Source: Octopus bimaculoides
Lineage: Eukaryota
DNA: 64,000 bases
Assembly (NCBI RefSeq): GCF_001194135.2
Contig: NC_069002.1
Coordinates: 12,814,432-12,878,431 of the forward strand
Direction of reading: 5' to 3'
Shown here: positions 37,008-51,002 of the stretch, in pieces
How positions within the stretch are numbered: position 1 is the first letter of the stretch
Layout of the letters: every line of letters begins with the position of its first letter
Translations under genes and position numbers: made by a program
Notes under the pieces: generated by a model
Database searches by the model: none
What the model saw: only the letters and a program-made list of their open reading frames with translations
Told to the model about the DNA's origin: nothing

Positions 37008-39464
37008 GCATTACCGTGTTTGTTGATGTTGCTTTTTACCTGCAATCTTTCAATACAATGATCGAATGGAAACATACACAAACACATCCACACATACATG
37101 CATGCATCAATATTAGTGTGGTCTGCTGATAGCTTTTTTGTGCCTGCCAAAACTGATAAATAGATAGGCATTTACAGACACACATATACATGTACAATAT
37201 CCATGTACACATACACTACCCTATATATATACACACACACACACACACATACATATATATGGTACTCAGTGCTTTATAGAACATACATGTTTCAGTTAAG
37301 TACCACCAGGATTACATAATTTTTGTTTAAGCATTATATAATCTTGTAAAACCACCTCTCAGTGTTCAGTAATACACATACACGCACACAAACACACATC
37401 CACACAGACATAGTCTCATTCTTTATCTCCATTTCCAACTTACAGAAATAATATATTTTCCATAAGTTAAAACATGTGCTACAAATGTTTGAACCTTTCA
37501 TCTGGTGAAAGTTTCAATTGGGCCATGACACACATGTTCCAAATTAATATCAGGGAAGACAGAATCATTTCATTGACCAAACTGCCAAAATCTCACATCG
37601 TCTCAATGAGTCAATTCAAATATGGGGCTGGACAGTTTTGCTTCTTGAACCTTTCAATTGCAGGGATCTTTTCTTTGAATTCTTTTAATGGTTTCAGCCA
37701 AAGGATCGTGGCCATGTTAGGGCACCGTTTTTTTCAAAGGTTTTTAATCAACTGTGTCCATGCCAATATTTATGCCAATGACTTTTGTTATCAGATACTT
37801 AAGTTCTTTCGCATACAGGGAAGCAGCACCAGTTTACTGAGACAATCACATGTATACTTACATGATGGGCTTCTGCACTGTCTTAGTTGACCAAGCTCCA
37901 CTCTCAAAGTACTGGTCAAACTGAGGCTATGGTAGAAAAACACTTGCCAAAGGTGCTGTGTAGCTGGATTGAACCCAGAGCCATAGGGTTGTCAAACAAA
38001 CTTCTTACCCACATGGCTATGCTTACACCTAGTTTTGCAATGGGTTTTTTTTATCCATAGTCAGGTGTGATGAAAATTTTACTGAGAGACTACTGGATAA
38101 TTGAAGCTTATAAGAATATTGTTTTCTTTTTTGTATCAGCGGTCCCCAGTCACTGGGTCATGGATCAGTATCACTCTGTCAGTCATTTGGTATCAGACAG
38201 CACAAATAGAATAATTTTTTAAATTTTGGGTTGTATAATATACATATATTAAAAAGCAATAATAGTAGAAATAAAATGCATAATATACAATGTAATAATT
38301 ACATTTGAATTGTATATATTAATTACATATATATTATATGTAATAATTAAATTATATATTGTGTACTTTATTATGTTTTGTTAAGTACATGATTCCTTGG
38401 TCTGTGGAAGAATTGTCTTGCATGAAACAAGACTGTGGAACCAAAGAAGGTTGGGGGCTGCTGTTTTATGCCGTAAGAATTTTGAAACTTCCAGAGATGT
38501 GAAATAATTAACTTTCTTTTTTCAAAGGTTGAACTCAAAGTAGATAAAGCTATAATTAATAGCATAGAATGTCTGTCAAGTTAACAGGAGATGTGGTTCT
38601 TGTCCCGTAGGCAGCCTTTTACTTTTCCTACCTAAAGGGATTTTTAACCCCGTATTTACATGCAGTTATTTATAGCTTTATCTACTTCGAGTTCAACAGT
38701 TAAGAAAAACAAAACAATTTATTTAACATTGTTTTTGTTTTTTAAAATCTTTCAATGTGAATTGTTTTCATTGTGATACAAAATCTGTCCAATATTTCTA
38801 TGTTTTATTATTTTTTTTTTCATGGAAATACAATCTGAAATAAGATTAACTCTATCTGGTCTAAATATCCTTCCTGTTTTATGTTTAAAGCAGCCAGATC
38901 TGGCCTCTCAGACCTACCTTACAATGTGATTCTAAAAGTTTATATAATCACATCATCAAAATTTCGAAGCTATGAGACAATGCAAAATTAATTCAAAACA
39001 ATCTGAATAAATAAGCAATACGTTTGACAAAATAATCTGAACGCTTAAAGATTAAACTATTCTTAAGTATATCAGACAGTTAAATTTCATTGGCCAATCA
39101 GTAAATATCCTTCCCAAACAAGCAATAAAGTATGAACGCCAATGGAATCTGACAATAAAATAGAAAAGTTTAGATGCTTTCTGCATGGGGATTGGAGGAA
39201 GAAAGATTTGAAACATTTTGGTACCACTGAGGTGATGCTGACTTGTTTGACATCAGAAGTTTTAATATTTTCTCTTGTTCTTGCCCTCCTCTCCCTCTCT
39301 GTTTATATGTGCGAGCATATTTCGTTATGTGTACAAAGAGAGGGAAAGCGTTTATGTCTATTGTATTCAATCAATAAATTGTAATCTCTCTCTCCCCTTC
39401 TCTCTTTCTCCTCTTTCGATTTGTACTAGTAAATTTTCTGCATATATATATATATATATACTGC

Positions 39465-39500
<36 letters not shown>

Positions 39501-39947
39501 NNNNNNNNNNNNNNNNNNNNNNNNNNNNNNNNNNNNNNNNNNNNNNNNNNNNNNNNNNNNNNNNNNNNNNNNNNNNNNNNNNNNNNNNNNNNNNNNNNNN
39601 NNNNNNNNNNNNNNNNNNNNNNNNNNNNNNNNNNNNNNNNNNNNNNNNNNNNNNNNNNNNNNNNNNNNNNNNNNNNNNNNNNNNNNNNNNNNNNNNNNNN
39701 NNNNNNNNNNNNNNNNNNNNNNNNNNNNNNNNNNNNNNNNNNNNNNNNNNNNNNNNNNNNNNNNNNNNNNNNNNNNNNNNNNNNNNNNNNNNNNNNNNNN
39801 NNNNNNNNNNNNNNNNNNNNNNNNNNNNNNNNNNNNNNNNNNNNNNNNNNNNNNNNNNNNNNNNNNNNNNNNNNNNNNNNNNNNNNNNNNNNNNNNNNNN
39901 NNNNNNNNNNNNNNNNNNNNNNNNNNNNNNNNNNNNNNNNNNNNNNN

Positions 39948-39992
<45 letters not shown>

Positions 39993-41506
39993 ATTATAGA
40001 AATATGTCAGTCAATGTTACTAATAGTTTCAAAGAGACTCAAAGTGGTGGAGTTCTCATCACCAGAAATTGTAGACTCATAATCACCTGTGTTACTCAAC
40101 AGGTATTTGTTCTCTTTATAAATTAACTCTATAATTATTATATTGCATACTTTTCCCTTTGACATAAAGTTTATGACTTAAATAAGCACCATGCCTTCCT
40201 TTGATACTGGTGATATAAACGTTTATATATTACTTGAACATCCACAGAAAAAAATTCCAGGGGAATAATGTTCTAGGATTGGGGATATTGGCTAGGGCAA
40301 GGCTTTATGGTTAGGACAGTGTGGGTGACAAGTGTGTCGGGTAGGCTTGGTTGAAGATGGTATGGAAATAGCTTGGTGTGAGGAGCAGAAGTTGTAGTAG
40401 CAGTAGACAAGGTGTTGTGAGGAGACAATGGAATGTTTTAGTGAGTGGCTCCTTACTGCTCTGCTGGATGCTGTCTAGAATGATTGTATGAGTTGCAGCA
40501 GCACTGCCCACCCCCTGCTAATATGGGAGATGTGTTCTATAGTTATATATGTATAGTTAACCGAATATATTCAATGAGAATACAGTTTACTGAATTTCTA
40601 ATAAGTGCTCTTGGTAGGTAAATGTCTAAAACTTTAAAGGTATTTAAACATTTAATAGGAGCGATTATATATCATAAAGTAAGAGCAGGAAAAATTACAT
40701 CAAAAAATCATCACAGAAGATATACATCCAAAATAATATTGTATTAATAGAAAGATATATAAATATATAAAGTATAATTATTTTAAAAGTTTAAAATATC
40801 TTACAATCGTTTTATGAATGTATTGCCCTACGAAATGAAATCTAAAATTGATAATAATTATTAGGTAATGCATCCACTCGTCAGAGAAAAAGGGTGAATT
40901 TTTGAGTAGTCAATCGAATGCTATTTAAAAATAAAGGAAAAAAGATGTTGTTTAAAAAAGTTACTGGCACAGATNNNNNNNNNNNNNNNNNNNNNNNNNN
41001 NNNNNNNNNNNNNNNNNNNNNNNNNNNNNNNNNNNNNNNNNNNNNNNNNNNNNNNNNNNNNNNNNNNNNNNNNNNNNNNNNNNNNNNNNNNNNNNNNNNN
41101 NNNNNNNNNNNNNNNNNNNNNNNNNNNNNNNNNNNNNNNNNNNNNNNNNNNNNNNNNNNNNNNNNNNNNNNNNNNNNNNNNNNNNNNNNNNNNNNNNNNN
41201 NNNNNNNNNNNNNNNNNNNNNNNNNNNNNNNNNNNNNNNNNNNNNNNNNNNNNNNNNNNNNNNNNNNNNNNNNNNNNNNNNNNNNNNNNNNNNNNNNNNN
41301 NNNNNNNNNNNNNNNNNNNNNNNNNNNNNNNNNNNNNNNNNNNNNNNNNNNNNNNNNNNNNNNNNNNNNNNNNNNNNNNNNNNNNNNNNNNNNNNNNNNN
41401 NNNNNNNNNNNNNNNNNNATATATAGTAATATCTATTGTGTGTGTGTGTATGTGCAAGCATGAGTGTGTATGTGTATATGTTTCTGTATGTGTGCATGTA
41501 TATGTA

Positions 41507-41541
<35 letters not shown>

Positions 41542-44218
41542 ATGTATGAGTGTGTATGTGTATATGCTTGTGTGTATGGGTGTATGCATGTGTGTATGTT
41601 TATGAGTGTATTTGTGTGTATGTATGTAGAGGTTGTATAATACATACAGGAATCATTTTGAGTGTCAGGACAGTGGTCAGACAGGTGTGGTGGTGGGTAA
41701 AAGCTCTCCAGTAGAGAGGAAGGATGGTGGGGGTGGATGTTCTTATCCAGGTCACGACCATAGCTAGTTTCACTGCTTCTACACTTGGAGGATTTTACAG
41801 TGTGAGAAAGACATATTGGAGGGTGGAGGTCATATCTTATAGAATGATAGGTTCAGCCAGCCAACTTAGCTATCTCTAATGGTTAGAAGCAAAAAGTAGA
41901 TGCTTAAAGGGGTAATTAGTATAATTAGTAAATACAACTGATGGAGCTTTGACTAATTAACTGACAGTAACCATGATAATCATCAGCTAATGATATTAAA
42001 ATTGGTTTCGAATCTTGGCACAAGGCAACAATTTTGGGGAGGGGTTAAGTCAATTACAGTGACCCCAGTGTCTAACTGGTACTTATTTTATTGACCCTGA
42101 AAGGGTAAATGGCAAAGTTGAGCTTGGAGGAATTTGAACTCAGAACATAGATATGGATAAAATGCCACTAAGTATCTTGCCTGGTGTGCTAATGATTCTG
42201 CCAGCTCACCACCTTTTTAATAATAATAATAATAATATTGCACAACCCATGCCAGCATGGACAACAGATGTTACATGATGATGATGATGGTTGAATAAAA
42301 GGAGGTGAGCTGGCAGAATCGTTAGCATGCTGAGCAAAAAAACTTAGTGACATTTCGTTTGTCTTTATGTTTTGAGTTCAAATTCTGCCAAGTTCAACTT
42401 TGCCTGTCATCTTTTCAAGGTCGATAAAATAAGTACCAGTTGTGCACTGAGGTTAATGTAATCGATTTATCCCCCCTCCCCAGAAATTGCTGGCCTTGTG
42501 CCAAATTTTGAAATCAATATCATTGAATGTTGTGTAGCAGTAGGTCTGTCATGTGCCCCAAGGCTCATAAGGGCATTATCAGTCATGGGCAAACGGCAGC
42601 TTGATAAAAGAAAATTACCCTAAATTTTTTTCAGTAGTGTGGCCTCTCTAATGATTAACCATGTCTTGTGTTGCTGCTTCTTGGAAAAGGCCACCCATGC
42701 CTGAGTTAGATCTTAACCTAGTTTTGCATAAACGACTGAGGTTGCAACACTCCCTGCTAAATGGTACACCGACCTGTCACAGGGTCAACTCCCCAGCTGT
42801 TGGTGGATCTCATTTATGGCTGAGTGAACTCATTTATGGCAATGTGAAGTTAAGTGTTCTGCTCAAGGACACAACACATTGCCAGTTCAGGAATAGAAAC
42901 CATGATCATAAGATCATGAATGCTACATCCTAACCACTAGGCCATGCACCTTCACATTATCAAACATTATAAACATCAATTTGAAACATAATTAAAAGTA
43001 AACTCTAATAGTCTTAAAGTGGAACTAGAACCACAAACCTAATTGGTGCATGGTTTGAGTTGTATCTTGTTTCCAAACTGCTTACCTTGAATTTCAATGT
43101 CCATTGATTGAATGGAGGTAGCTTGATAGAATCATCATCAGACAAAATACTTTGTGGCATTTGCTCCAATTCTTTATATTCTGAGTTTGAATTCTGCTGA
43201 GGTCAATCTAAATTTGTCATCCTTTCAGGTTTGATAAACTAGAATATCAGTCAAGTGCTATCAGTGAACCTGTCTGCTCTGTTTTTTTTCACTGGCTCTT
43301 TCTGCTAGTAATAGCTATCTAATAGGCCTAGAAATGAAATCTTTTTCTGTCTCAAATTAGTGCTTGTATCACTAATATAACATTTACTAATAAAATCTCC
43401 TCTCTTAATGCATGATAATTAACACAGACTAATTAATTGGATGAGTAAGTTTTAAACAGGAAGAGTTTAAATACCTGGCCCAGAGGTACAAGCAATTATT
43501 TGAACTGATAACCCGAAAGTGCCAGAAGTGTTAAACATTACCTATTTGGTCAGTATATTTCTTTGATGATTATAAAACTACCCCAAAACTTTGTTAAGTA
43601 ATATTTAACTCATGTAAACAATATCAAAAATAAATTTTATTATCATATTTCATATCTTATTATATAATTCTTTTTATCATATATTGATGGATTTCTTACA
43701 TAGCTGCAGGACTTCAGATACACAGGGGAGAGGAAATGAGATTGGATGGTATCTATGCCTTTCTGAAACCAGCAATGGCTTCTCTTTTATTATTTTCAAA
43801 TTATTTCTCTTTGTTACTTTAAGAAAAAAAATATCAAATTGCATTAAAATCTTTCAATTTATAACTTATTTCCCAACTGTTTTCTTTGATTTTCAATATT
43901 TATTTCTGAAAAATGATGATAGAGGGTTGGAATCACCAAAACCATTGGAACACTGGATAAAATGCTGGTTCTTTAGATTTTGAACTCAAATACACTGAAG
44001 GCAATTTTACATTTCATTCTTCCAGGGTTGATTATATAAAGTACCAGCCAAGTACTGGGGTCAATAATAGCTGACTTCCCTTTCTCGACAAAGCTAGGGT
44101 TTGGCCTTTACTTGTTTCAGTCATTTTGACTGCAGCCATGTTGGAGTACTGCCTTTAGTCAAGCAAATCCACTCCAGGACTTATTCTTTGTAAGCCTAGT
44201 ACTTATTCTATCGGTCTC

Positions 44219-44450
44219 TCTTATTTCTTTATTGCCCACAAGGGGCTAAACATAGAGGGGACAAACAAGGACAGACAAAGGGATTAATTCGATTACATTG
44301 ACTCCAATATGTAACTGGTACTTAATTTATTGACCCCGAAAGGATGAAAGGCAAAGTCGACCTCGGCGGAATTTGAACTTGGAACGTAACGGCAGACGAA
44401 ATACCGCTAAGCATTTTGCCTGGCGTGCTAACGTTTCTGCCAGCTCGCCG
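44219..44450 (-). mobile_element. SINE family E, well preserved, inserted in a family C fragment
   Basis: Minus strand reads gagctggcagaaacgttagcacgccagg...ttccaagttcaaattcc...gggcaataaagaaataag. Degraded copies near 16250, 21955, 42000, 42300 and 62703. Confidence 0.8.
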
Positions 44451-44564
44451 TCTCTCTTGCCGAACTGCTAATAATGGCTTTCTTTCTGCCAAATATTTTG
44501 CTTATGATTGTAAAAATAAATGTCAGAAGAGTTGTCAGTGATTCTGGCTGTTGCTGAAACCTTG

Positions 44565-45092
44565 CTACTGAGGTTGTATACTGTGACCATTGTAACAGAA
44601 AAGGTTCAAAGAAATCAATGTTCCAGTTTTGAAGCCTTGAATTGTTTCTTGAGGGTTTACTTCTGCTTGGCATGTTGGACATGACACTAAAGACACCAAT
44701 GTCTTCAGGCAGTTGCAGCTGATTGGTACATGTTTCTTATCTTCTGTCTTTCTAGAGAAATCTATTGGTACTGAGAAAACATTATGGATTTTGATGTTTT
44801 TTTCTTCAAGAACTGAGAGACTGGTGGAATGATTGACAAAATCTTTCTGTGCTGGTTCACTTTCAGAATAAGGTGTGAGTTCAGATGATAAAAGACCTGA
44901 AGATGATATTTGGTTGGTGCTTGGTTTTATGGTAACAAAATGGTTATCAGCTGGTAACAGATTTGGTGCAAAGTGTTGGTGTAATGGTGCCTCTTCTTCA
45001 CAAGGTTCCTGTTTAATCTGAGCTGGTGATTGAAAACCAGAATCTCCTTGTTTATTCAGATCAAATGGGGTCTCTGACAGTCTTAGCAAAGG
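44565..45092 (-). CDS. THAP-domain gene exon 6 (last), with C-terminal Cys/His module
   Basis: ttttatag|CCT, then 175 open codons ending SCNCLKTLVSLVSCPTCQ...GTLISLNLFCYNGHSIQPQ*. Joined CDS is 1293 nt, 430 aa. Confidence 0.82.
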   Translation of the reverse strand, partial: PLLRLSETPFDLNKQGDSGFQSPAQIKQEPCEEEAPLHQHFAPNLLPADNHFVTIKPSTNQISSSGLLSSELTPYSESEPAQKDFVNHSTSLSVLEEKNIKIHNVFSVPIDFSRKTEDKKHVPISCNCLKTLVSLVSCPTCQAEVNPQETIQGFKTGTLISLNLFCYNGHSIQPQ

Positions 45093-45567
45093 CTATAAAA
45101 TAAAAGTATAATAAATAAAAATATAATAAATATATACCATTAATATATTATTGAAAGTTTACATTTAAACTTTAAAATGAACAAAGAAAGTCACAATTTT
45201 CCATTTGTAATGATTAAAAAAAGAAAATCATCTTCTTTATACATGTATCCTCATTTATAACTGATTTATTTAGCACTCATTCAGGATAACATGGCATGTT
45301 CAGCTATAAACCATGTTATGCTTAGCATGGCTTGATCTCTGATTCTGCATGTACCACAAATTCGTGCCTCAGTCACCAGCCACAATGTGCTGAATTTTGC
45401 TCGTGTTTGTATGACTGTGGTATGAGGCAGTATATTTTTTACATGGATTTACATACTGTTGCTCATCAACATGGGACCAGCGAACACAAAAATAGGTAGG
45501 AAGGAAGGAAGTATGTATCTATATATGCATGCATGTATGCATGGATGTATGCATGCATGTATGTATG

Positions 45568-46020
45568 CATCATCATCGTTTAACGTCCGCTTTCCATGCT
45601 AGCATGGGTTGGACGATTTGACTGAGGACTGGCGAAACCAGACGGCTACACCAGGCTCCAGTCTGATTTGGCAGAGTTTCTACAGCTGGATGCCCTTCCT
45701 AACGCCAACCACTCCGAGAGTGTAGTGGGTGCTTTTACATGCCACCGGCACGAAGGCCAGTCAGGAGGTACTGGCAATGGCCACGCTCAAAATGGTGTAT
45801 TTTAGCGTCACCTGCACAGGAGCCANNNNNNNNNNGATTTGGCAGAGTTTCTACAGCTGGATGCCCTTCCTAACGCCAACCACTCCGAGAGTGTAGTGGG
45901 TGCTTTTACATGCCACCGGCACGAAGGCCAGTCAGGAGGTACTGGCAATGGCCACGCTCAAAATGGTGTATTTTAGCGTCACCTGCACAGGAGCCAGTCC
46001 AGCGGCACTGGCACAATCTC
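45568..46020 (-). mobile_element. Retroposon family D (duplicated across a 10-N gap)
   Basis: Same family. Confidence 0.82.
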
Positions 46021-46716
46021 GCTCGAATGTTTTTACACGTGCCAGGAAGGTGACGCTGGGCACAGGTGACATCACGATTTTGCTTGCCCCAACAGGTCTT
46101 CACAAGCTGAGTTTCGTATTGCATGTATGTATGCATGTATGTATGTATGCATATGAGTATGTGTATGTTTATATCTCTTTGCCTTCACATCATGTGATAG
46201 TTGTAAAATGCTTATCTGTTATACAAACAGTGTCATTCATTTCCAATACTCTGTGAGAACATGTCTGGCCATGGGGAAATATTATCTTGCTTGGAAACAG
46301 GTGAGGGTTGGTGACAGGAAGAGCACCAGACTGTAGAAAATTTACCTTAATAAACTTCATCCAACCAATGCAGGCATGGAAAAATGGACATGAAAACGGT
46401 TATGATAATGATGATGTGCATTGTAGAGTTGGATTGTAAGGCTGACAGCAAATGTGGAGACACTTTCAGTAGGATTACCACTTGTAGAACCATTATGGTT
46501 GAGAAGTGGAGGAATGGAGGTTTCTGCAAAGTTGGTAAAAATTCTTTAGGCAAAAGACCAAAAGGATTGTATGTAGTTTGGGTGGTTTGAGAATTTGTGG
46601 GCTGATCAAATACTTTTACAGTTTGAAACAGAAAATATTGTCTAACTGTTAACCATTAGTTCCTTTAACTGTTTTACTAAAGATCTAAGCTGAATGAAAT
46701 AGAAAGAAGTATTTAC

Positions 46717-46786
46717 CGGAATATGAAGTCTTGGAGTGTTGTTGTCTTTCAGTGGTTTAACCAGGTGGGAGTTAATGTTGGAATGA
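46717..46786 (-). CDS. THAP-domain gene exon 5
   Basis: Strong acceptor ttttgttttccaatttccattttag and donor CCG|gtaaat. (N)HSNINSHLVKPLKDNNTPRLHIP. Phase 2-0 exactly bridges exons 4 and 6. Confidence 0.75.
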
Positions 46787-47884
46787 CTAAAATGGAAATT
46801 GGAAAACAAAATTATTTAATGTTTTAACAAAATGATTTCAAATTTTGGCACAAGGCCAGTAATTTTAGGGGACGTGTTAAGTCAATTAATTGGTCACAGT
46901 AGTTGATTGGTGCTCTTTTAATCAACCCACCTTTCCCTGGCCCAGAGCATCAGGCTCACAATCACAAGATAGTGAGTTTGATTACCAGATTGGGCTGTGT
47001 GTTGTGTTCTCAAACAAGACACTTTATTTCAGATTGCTCCTGTTCACTCAGCTGTAGAAATGAGTTGCAACATCACTGGCGCCAAGCTGTATCAGCTTTT
47101 GCCTTTCCCTTGGATAACATCAGTGGTATGGAGAGGAGAGGCTTGTATGCATGGGTGACTGCTGGTCTTCCGTAAACAACCCTGCTCAGAATTGTGTCTT
47201 GGAGTGGAACTTTCTAGGTACAATCCCATGGCCATTCATAATCAAAGGAGTCTTTTTTTTACCTTTCCCTGAAAGGACAGATATGTTTGACCTTGGCAGG
47301 ATTTGAACACAGAACATAGACAGCTGGAAGAAATGCTGCCAAACATTTTGTCAGACATATTAATGATTCTGGCAGCTCACCAGCTTAGTTTTAACACATA
47401 TTTATATTTATAATATATAATACATCTCAGTAATTTTAACTCTAGTTCTTAGAAAGTTTTTTTTTTTTTGAAAATCAGGGGTGTCTGCCTTCCATGCTGG
47501 CATGGGTCGGACAGTTTGATGGGAGCTGGCCAGTCAGAATGCCTGCACCAAATTTCTGTGTCCGTTTTGGCATGGTTTTTATGGTTGGATGCCCTTCCTA
47601 ATGTCAACCACTTTACAGTGGACTGGATACGTTTTATGCGGCACCAGCACCGGCAGGGTCACTAAGTAATTTGCAAGACAAAAGCCCTTTGAGAGGGGAG
47701 GGGGAATTGGTGGAGGTTATCTTGTGTCAGATGATTAAAGGTTAGAGTGTGGCAGAGAGACAAAAACAGGCATCTTGCTGTAGAGGAGGTAGATGGTTGT
47801 CCATTCAGAGAGAGGTGGGTAGGGAGAGAGGGCAGCGAGAGAGATCAGGAATGAAAATGTATGCACATTGTATACGCTTTTCTC

Positions 47885-48272
47885 TTTTATTCTTTTACTT
47901 GTTTCAGTCTTTTGACTGTGGCCATACTGGAGCACCGCCTTTTAGTCGAGCAAATCGACCCCAGGATTTATTCTTTAGAAGCCTAGTACTTATTCTATCG
48001 GTCTCTTTTGCCGAACCGCTAAGTTACGGGGACATAAACACACCAGCATCGGTTGTCAAGCGATGTTGGGGGGACAAACACACACACACATACACATATA
48101 TATATACATATATACGACGGCTTCTTTCAGTTTCCGTCTACCAAATCCACTCACAAGGCTTTGGTCGGCCTGAGGCTATTGTAGAAGACACTTGCCCAAG
48201 ATACCACGCAGTGGGACTGAACCCGGGACCATGTGGTTGGTAAGCAAGCTACTTACCACACAGCCACTCCTA
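47885..48272 (-). mobile_element. SINE family C, full length
   Basis: Reverse complement of family C. Confidence 0.88.
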
Positions 48273-48408
48273 TGTAGAAAGGATTATGTACATGTGCATA
48301 TAAGACCCTGCATATTGTACTTTAAAGGCAAAATATTTTAAGAGCCTGTATATTGTATGTACTAAGGGGATTTTAAGGGTCAAAGATGAAAATCCCTCAG
48401 TGACTTAC

Positions 48409-48631
48409 TTCACATGAAGGTCACTAACGATCTGGTGTTGATTTACTTCCATATTCATTTGGAATGTTTGAGGCTGTTCTCTTTTAAATTGTTCCTCTTC
48501 TTTCTGTGATACTTCATTGTTTGAAGATGATGCTGGAGTCTTTTGTCTGTAGCAGTTGCTAACATTGCTGTTACAACTGTCTTCTGTGTTTGGCTTGCAA
48601 TATGGGTGGTCAATAAGTGGAGAAGGGATCT
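48409..48631 (-). CDS. THAP-domain gene exon 4
   Basis: ttgatag|AG...AA|gtaagt. EIPSPLIDHPYCKPNTEDS...IVSDLHV. Phase 1-2. DHPY resembles the D/EHxY HCF-1-binding motif found in THAP proteins. Confidence 0.82.
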
Positions 48632-49291
48632 CTATCAATTAGAAAAGATTAAAACAAAAACAGTGAGAACAAAAAAAAAAAGATGAATCAATATTTTCTC
48701 TTATTGAGAAGTATTCTGTGAAAATACGTTTTGGTAAATTAATTATTGAAAACAGTACATGTACGTGAATGAACATAGGATATTTTAACCAACAATCAGC
48801 ATACAATTACACATACATATAAACAGATACAAACATATACACACACATAAACAGGCTTCTCTCAGTTTCCAACAATCAAATTTACTCTCCAGGCTTTGAT
48901 GAACCTGAACTATTTTAGAAAACATTTACCCAAAGTAACATGTGACAGGATTGAACCTGAAAACACAGGGTTGTGAAGTGAATGCCTTAACTACACAGAC
49001 TTGCTTCTGTTTGTTGCTATGTTTGAGCCTTAAATGTGTTGGCATTCAGTCGGATGGAAACATAACAGCAATGTATCATTTCATCTTTTACAATTATTAT
49101 TACTATCTTATATGACTCAATAATGAGTAGGGGACGTTTTGGCATCCCCGATTTTTTGTTGACTTAATTGACACCAGACATCTTGATGTCTTTCTCTCTC
49201 CCTTCTTCCTCTACTCGTCTTCTCTCTCTATGTGAGCATATTTCTCTTCATATGTATGAGAGGGAAAAATAATTATACTAATTGTATTAAA

Positions 49292-49455
49292 TTAACCCTT
49301 TAGCATTTAAGCTGGCCTTTCCAGCCCAAATATTCTCCCTATTTTATGTTGAAACTGATCAGATCCTGGCAACAAGGTAATGCAAGATTAATCCAGAACA
49401 ATGGGAATAAATAAGCATTATATTTGACAGAGTAACCTGAATGCTAAAGGGTTAA
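49292..49455. mobile_element. piggyBac-type MITE (TTAA-CCC...GGG-TTAA)
   Basis: TTAA flanks and perfect 12-bp TIR CCCTTTAGCATT / AATGCTAAAGGG. Confidence 0.75.
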
Positions 49456-49703
49456 TAAATTGTAACGTTTCTCTCTTTCTCTTTGTCTCCCTGTCTCTCA
49501 TTCTTTCTATCTGTATGTGTGTATTTCTGTGTATGTGTGCTTGCTTTCAGTGCCAAAAAAGTACAGTTGTCAAAACAGGCTGAATGTCCAGTCAGCCATG
49601 TCAAACCATCTGCATCCAAGCAGCAGCACCAAATTCCGCTTAATAATCGGGTGGTGAGAGTTGATAGTGACATAAGCAAGATTGAGACATATGTTGATCT
49701 TAC

Positions 49704-49972
49704 CTGTTTGTTGTTTTAAGGCAAATTGAGTGGAATCATTGTTTCTTTTTCTCTTCGTGGCCTTGTGAGAAGTTAACGAGGTCTTTAGAGAATAGTCTGG
49801 TATATTGAAAAGTGTTGGTACAGCATTCCATTTCAATCTGTTCTTTGTTACTTTGTTTGAAAACTGATCATCTTCAAAGTGGTCAGCACATATGTGACAA
49901 TTGTTATTAAGATAAAGAGGACTTTTGTCGAGAATATCATCTCTACAAGTATTCTGAACCCATCGTTGGCAC
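49704..49972 (-). CDS. THAP-domain gene exon 3 (THAP C-terminal half, basic segment)
   Basis: ttttcag|G...ACA G|gtaaga. CQRWVQNTCRDDILDKSPLYLNNNCHICADHFEDDQFSNKVTKNRLKWNAVPTLFNIPD...KATKRKR, with W, CxxHF and the AVPTLF box. Confidence 0.93.
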
Positions 49973-50818
49973 CTGAAAATAACAGGAATAAAAAAAAACA
50001 ACTTGTTTTTATCATCATCATTTAACATCTGTTTTCCATGCTGGCTTGGGTTGGATGGTTTGACAGGAGCTAGCAAGATAGAGGACTGCTCCAATCTCCA
50101 ATATCTGCTCTGGCGTGGTTTCAATAGATAGATGTCCTTCCTAGGGCTAAACACTTCACAGAGTGTACTGAGTACATTTCTCTTTGGTGTAGCACCAGCA
50201 CTAATGAAATAACTAAGTAACTCGCAAGACAAGACATCTCAATATTAAGGTAGGTGGCTTTGTGCAAGGTGATGAAGGATAGGAACAAGTATTCTGTTGT
50301 ATGGGAGATACATGGTTGTGTTGGAAGAAGAGGATGTTGGTGAAGATGTATCAGGGCGTGCCTTTAAGTTACAGGAAGGTGAACCAAAGAGAAGTGGTAT
50401 GAGTAGGTAAACAAGTTCATGGGAGTATGAGAAGCAAGTGTCAGTGTAATTAGTATTTAATCTATTTATAAGTATAAATATTCTAACCCCTAAAAAAAAA
50501 AAATAAATAAAAGCTCCAAATAAATCAGATGAGGACTATAGTTTATTGAGGGGGTGTAGATGTGATTGGACATATGCCCTTCTTTACTGTTAATTTGAAG
50601 AACACAAAATTCTTACAAAACTACCAAAATAATTGCATATAACTCAAGAATAAAAATATCTTTTAAATACCACAGTAATTTGTCATTGGATATTTAACAG
50701 AACTTTTAACCAATTTTTTAAGATTTTAAATGCAAGAAATTTAAAAACACACATAATTTCACATCAATTATGTTAAATTTCTGAGTGAATTTTTCTGAAG
50801 AAATTGGTTTGATCTTAC

Positions 50819-51002
50819 CTCTCTTTATTCTTTGGGAATCTGAAGAAAGATAAATCAGGTCGCTTGGATTGACGATTGGAGCAATTAATTGCTGAACAAT
50901 GATTGTGAGATAATGAATGTGAAGTCATTGTGTTATACAGTACTGGATCTGATTTCCCAAAATCCAGGAATACTGTGTAATCTCTTGCAATATACTGGTA
51001 CC
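50819..51002 (-). CDS. THAP-domain gene exon 2 (THAP N-terminal half)
   Basis: ttcaatatag|GG...AG|gtaaga. ...MTSHSLSHNHCSAINCSNRQSKRPDLSFFRFPKNKE(R), with the THAP CxxxxC and FFRFP motifs. Confidence 0.9.

Noticed and set aside
39275-41589. Long ORFs containing X runs
   Set aside because: Artefacts of N gaps and (TA)n/(TG)n repeats.
45081-45094. Apparent phase conflict or tandem acceptor at THAP last exon
   Set aside because: Resolved by the 70-nt phase 2-0 exon at 46717-46786.
45668-45995. Apparent tandem duplication of family D
   Set aside because: Identical sequence flanks a 10-N gap, so probably an assembly artefact.
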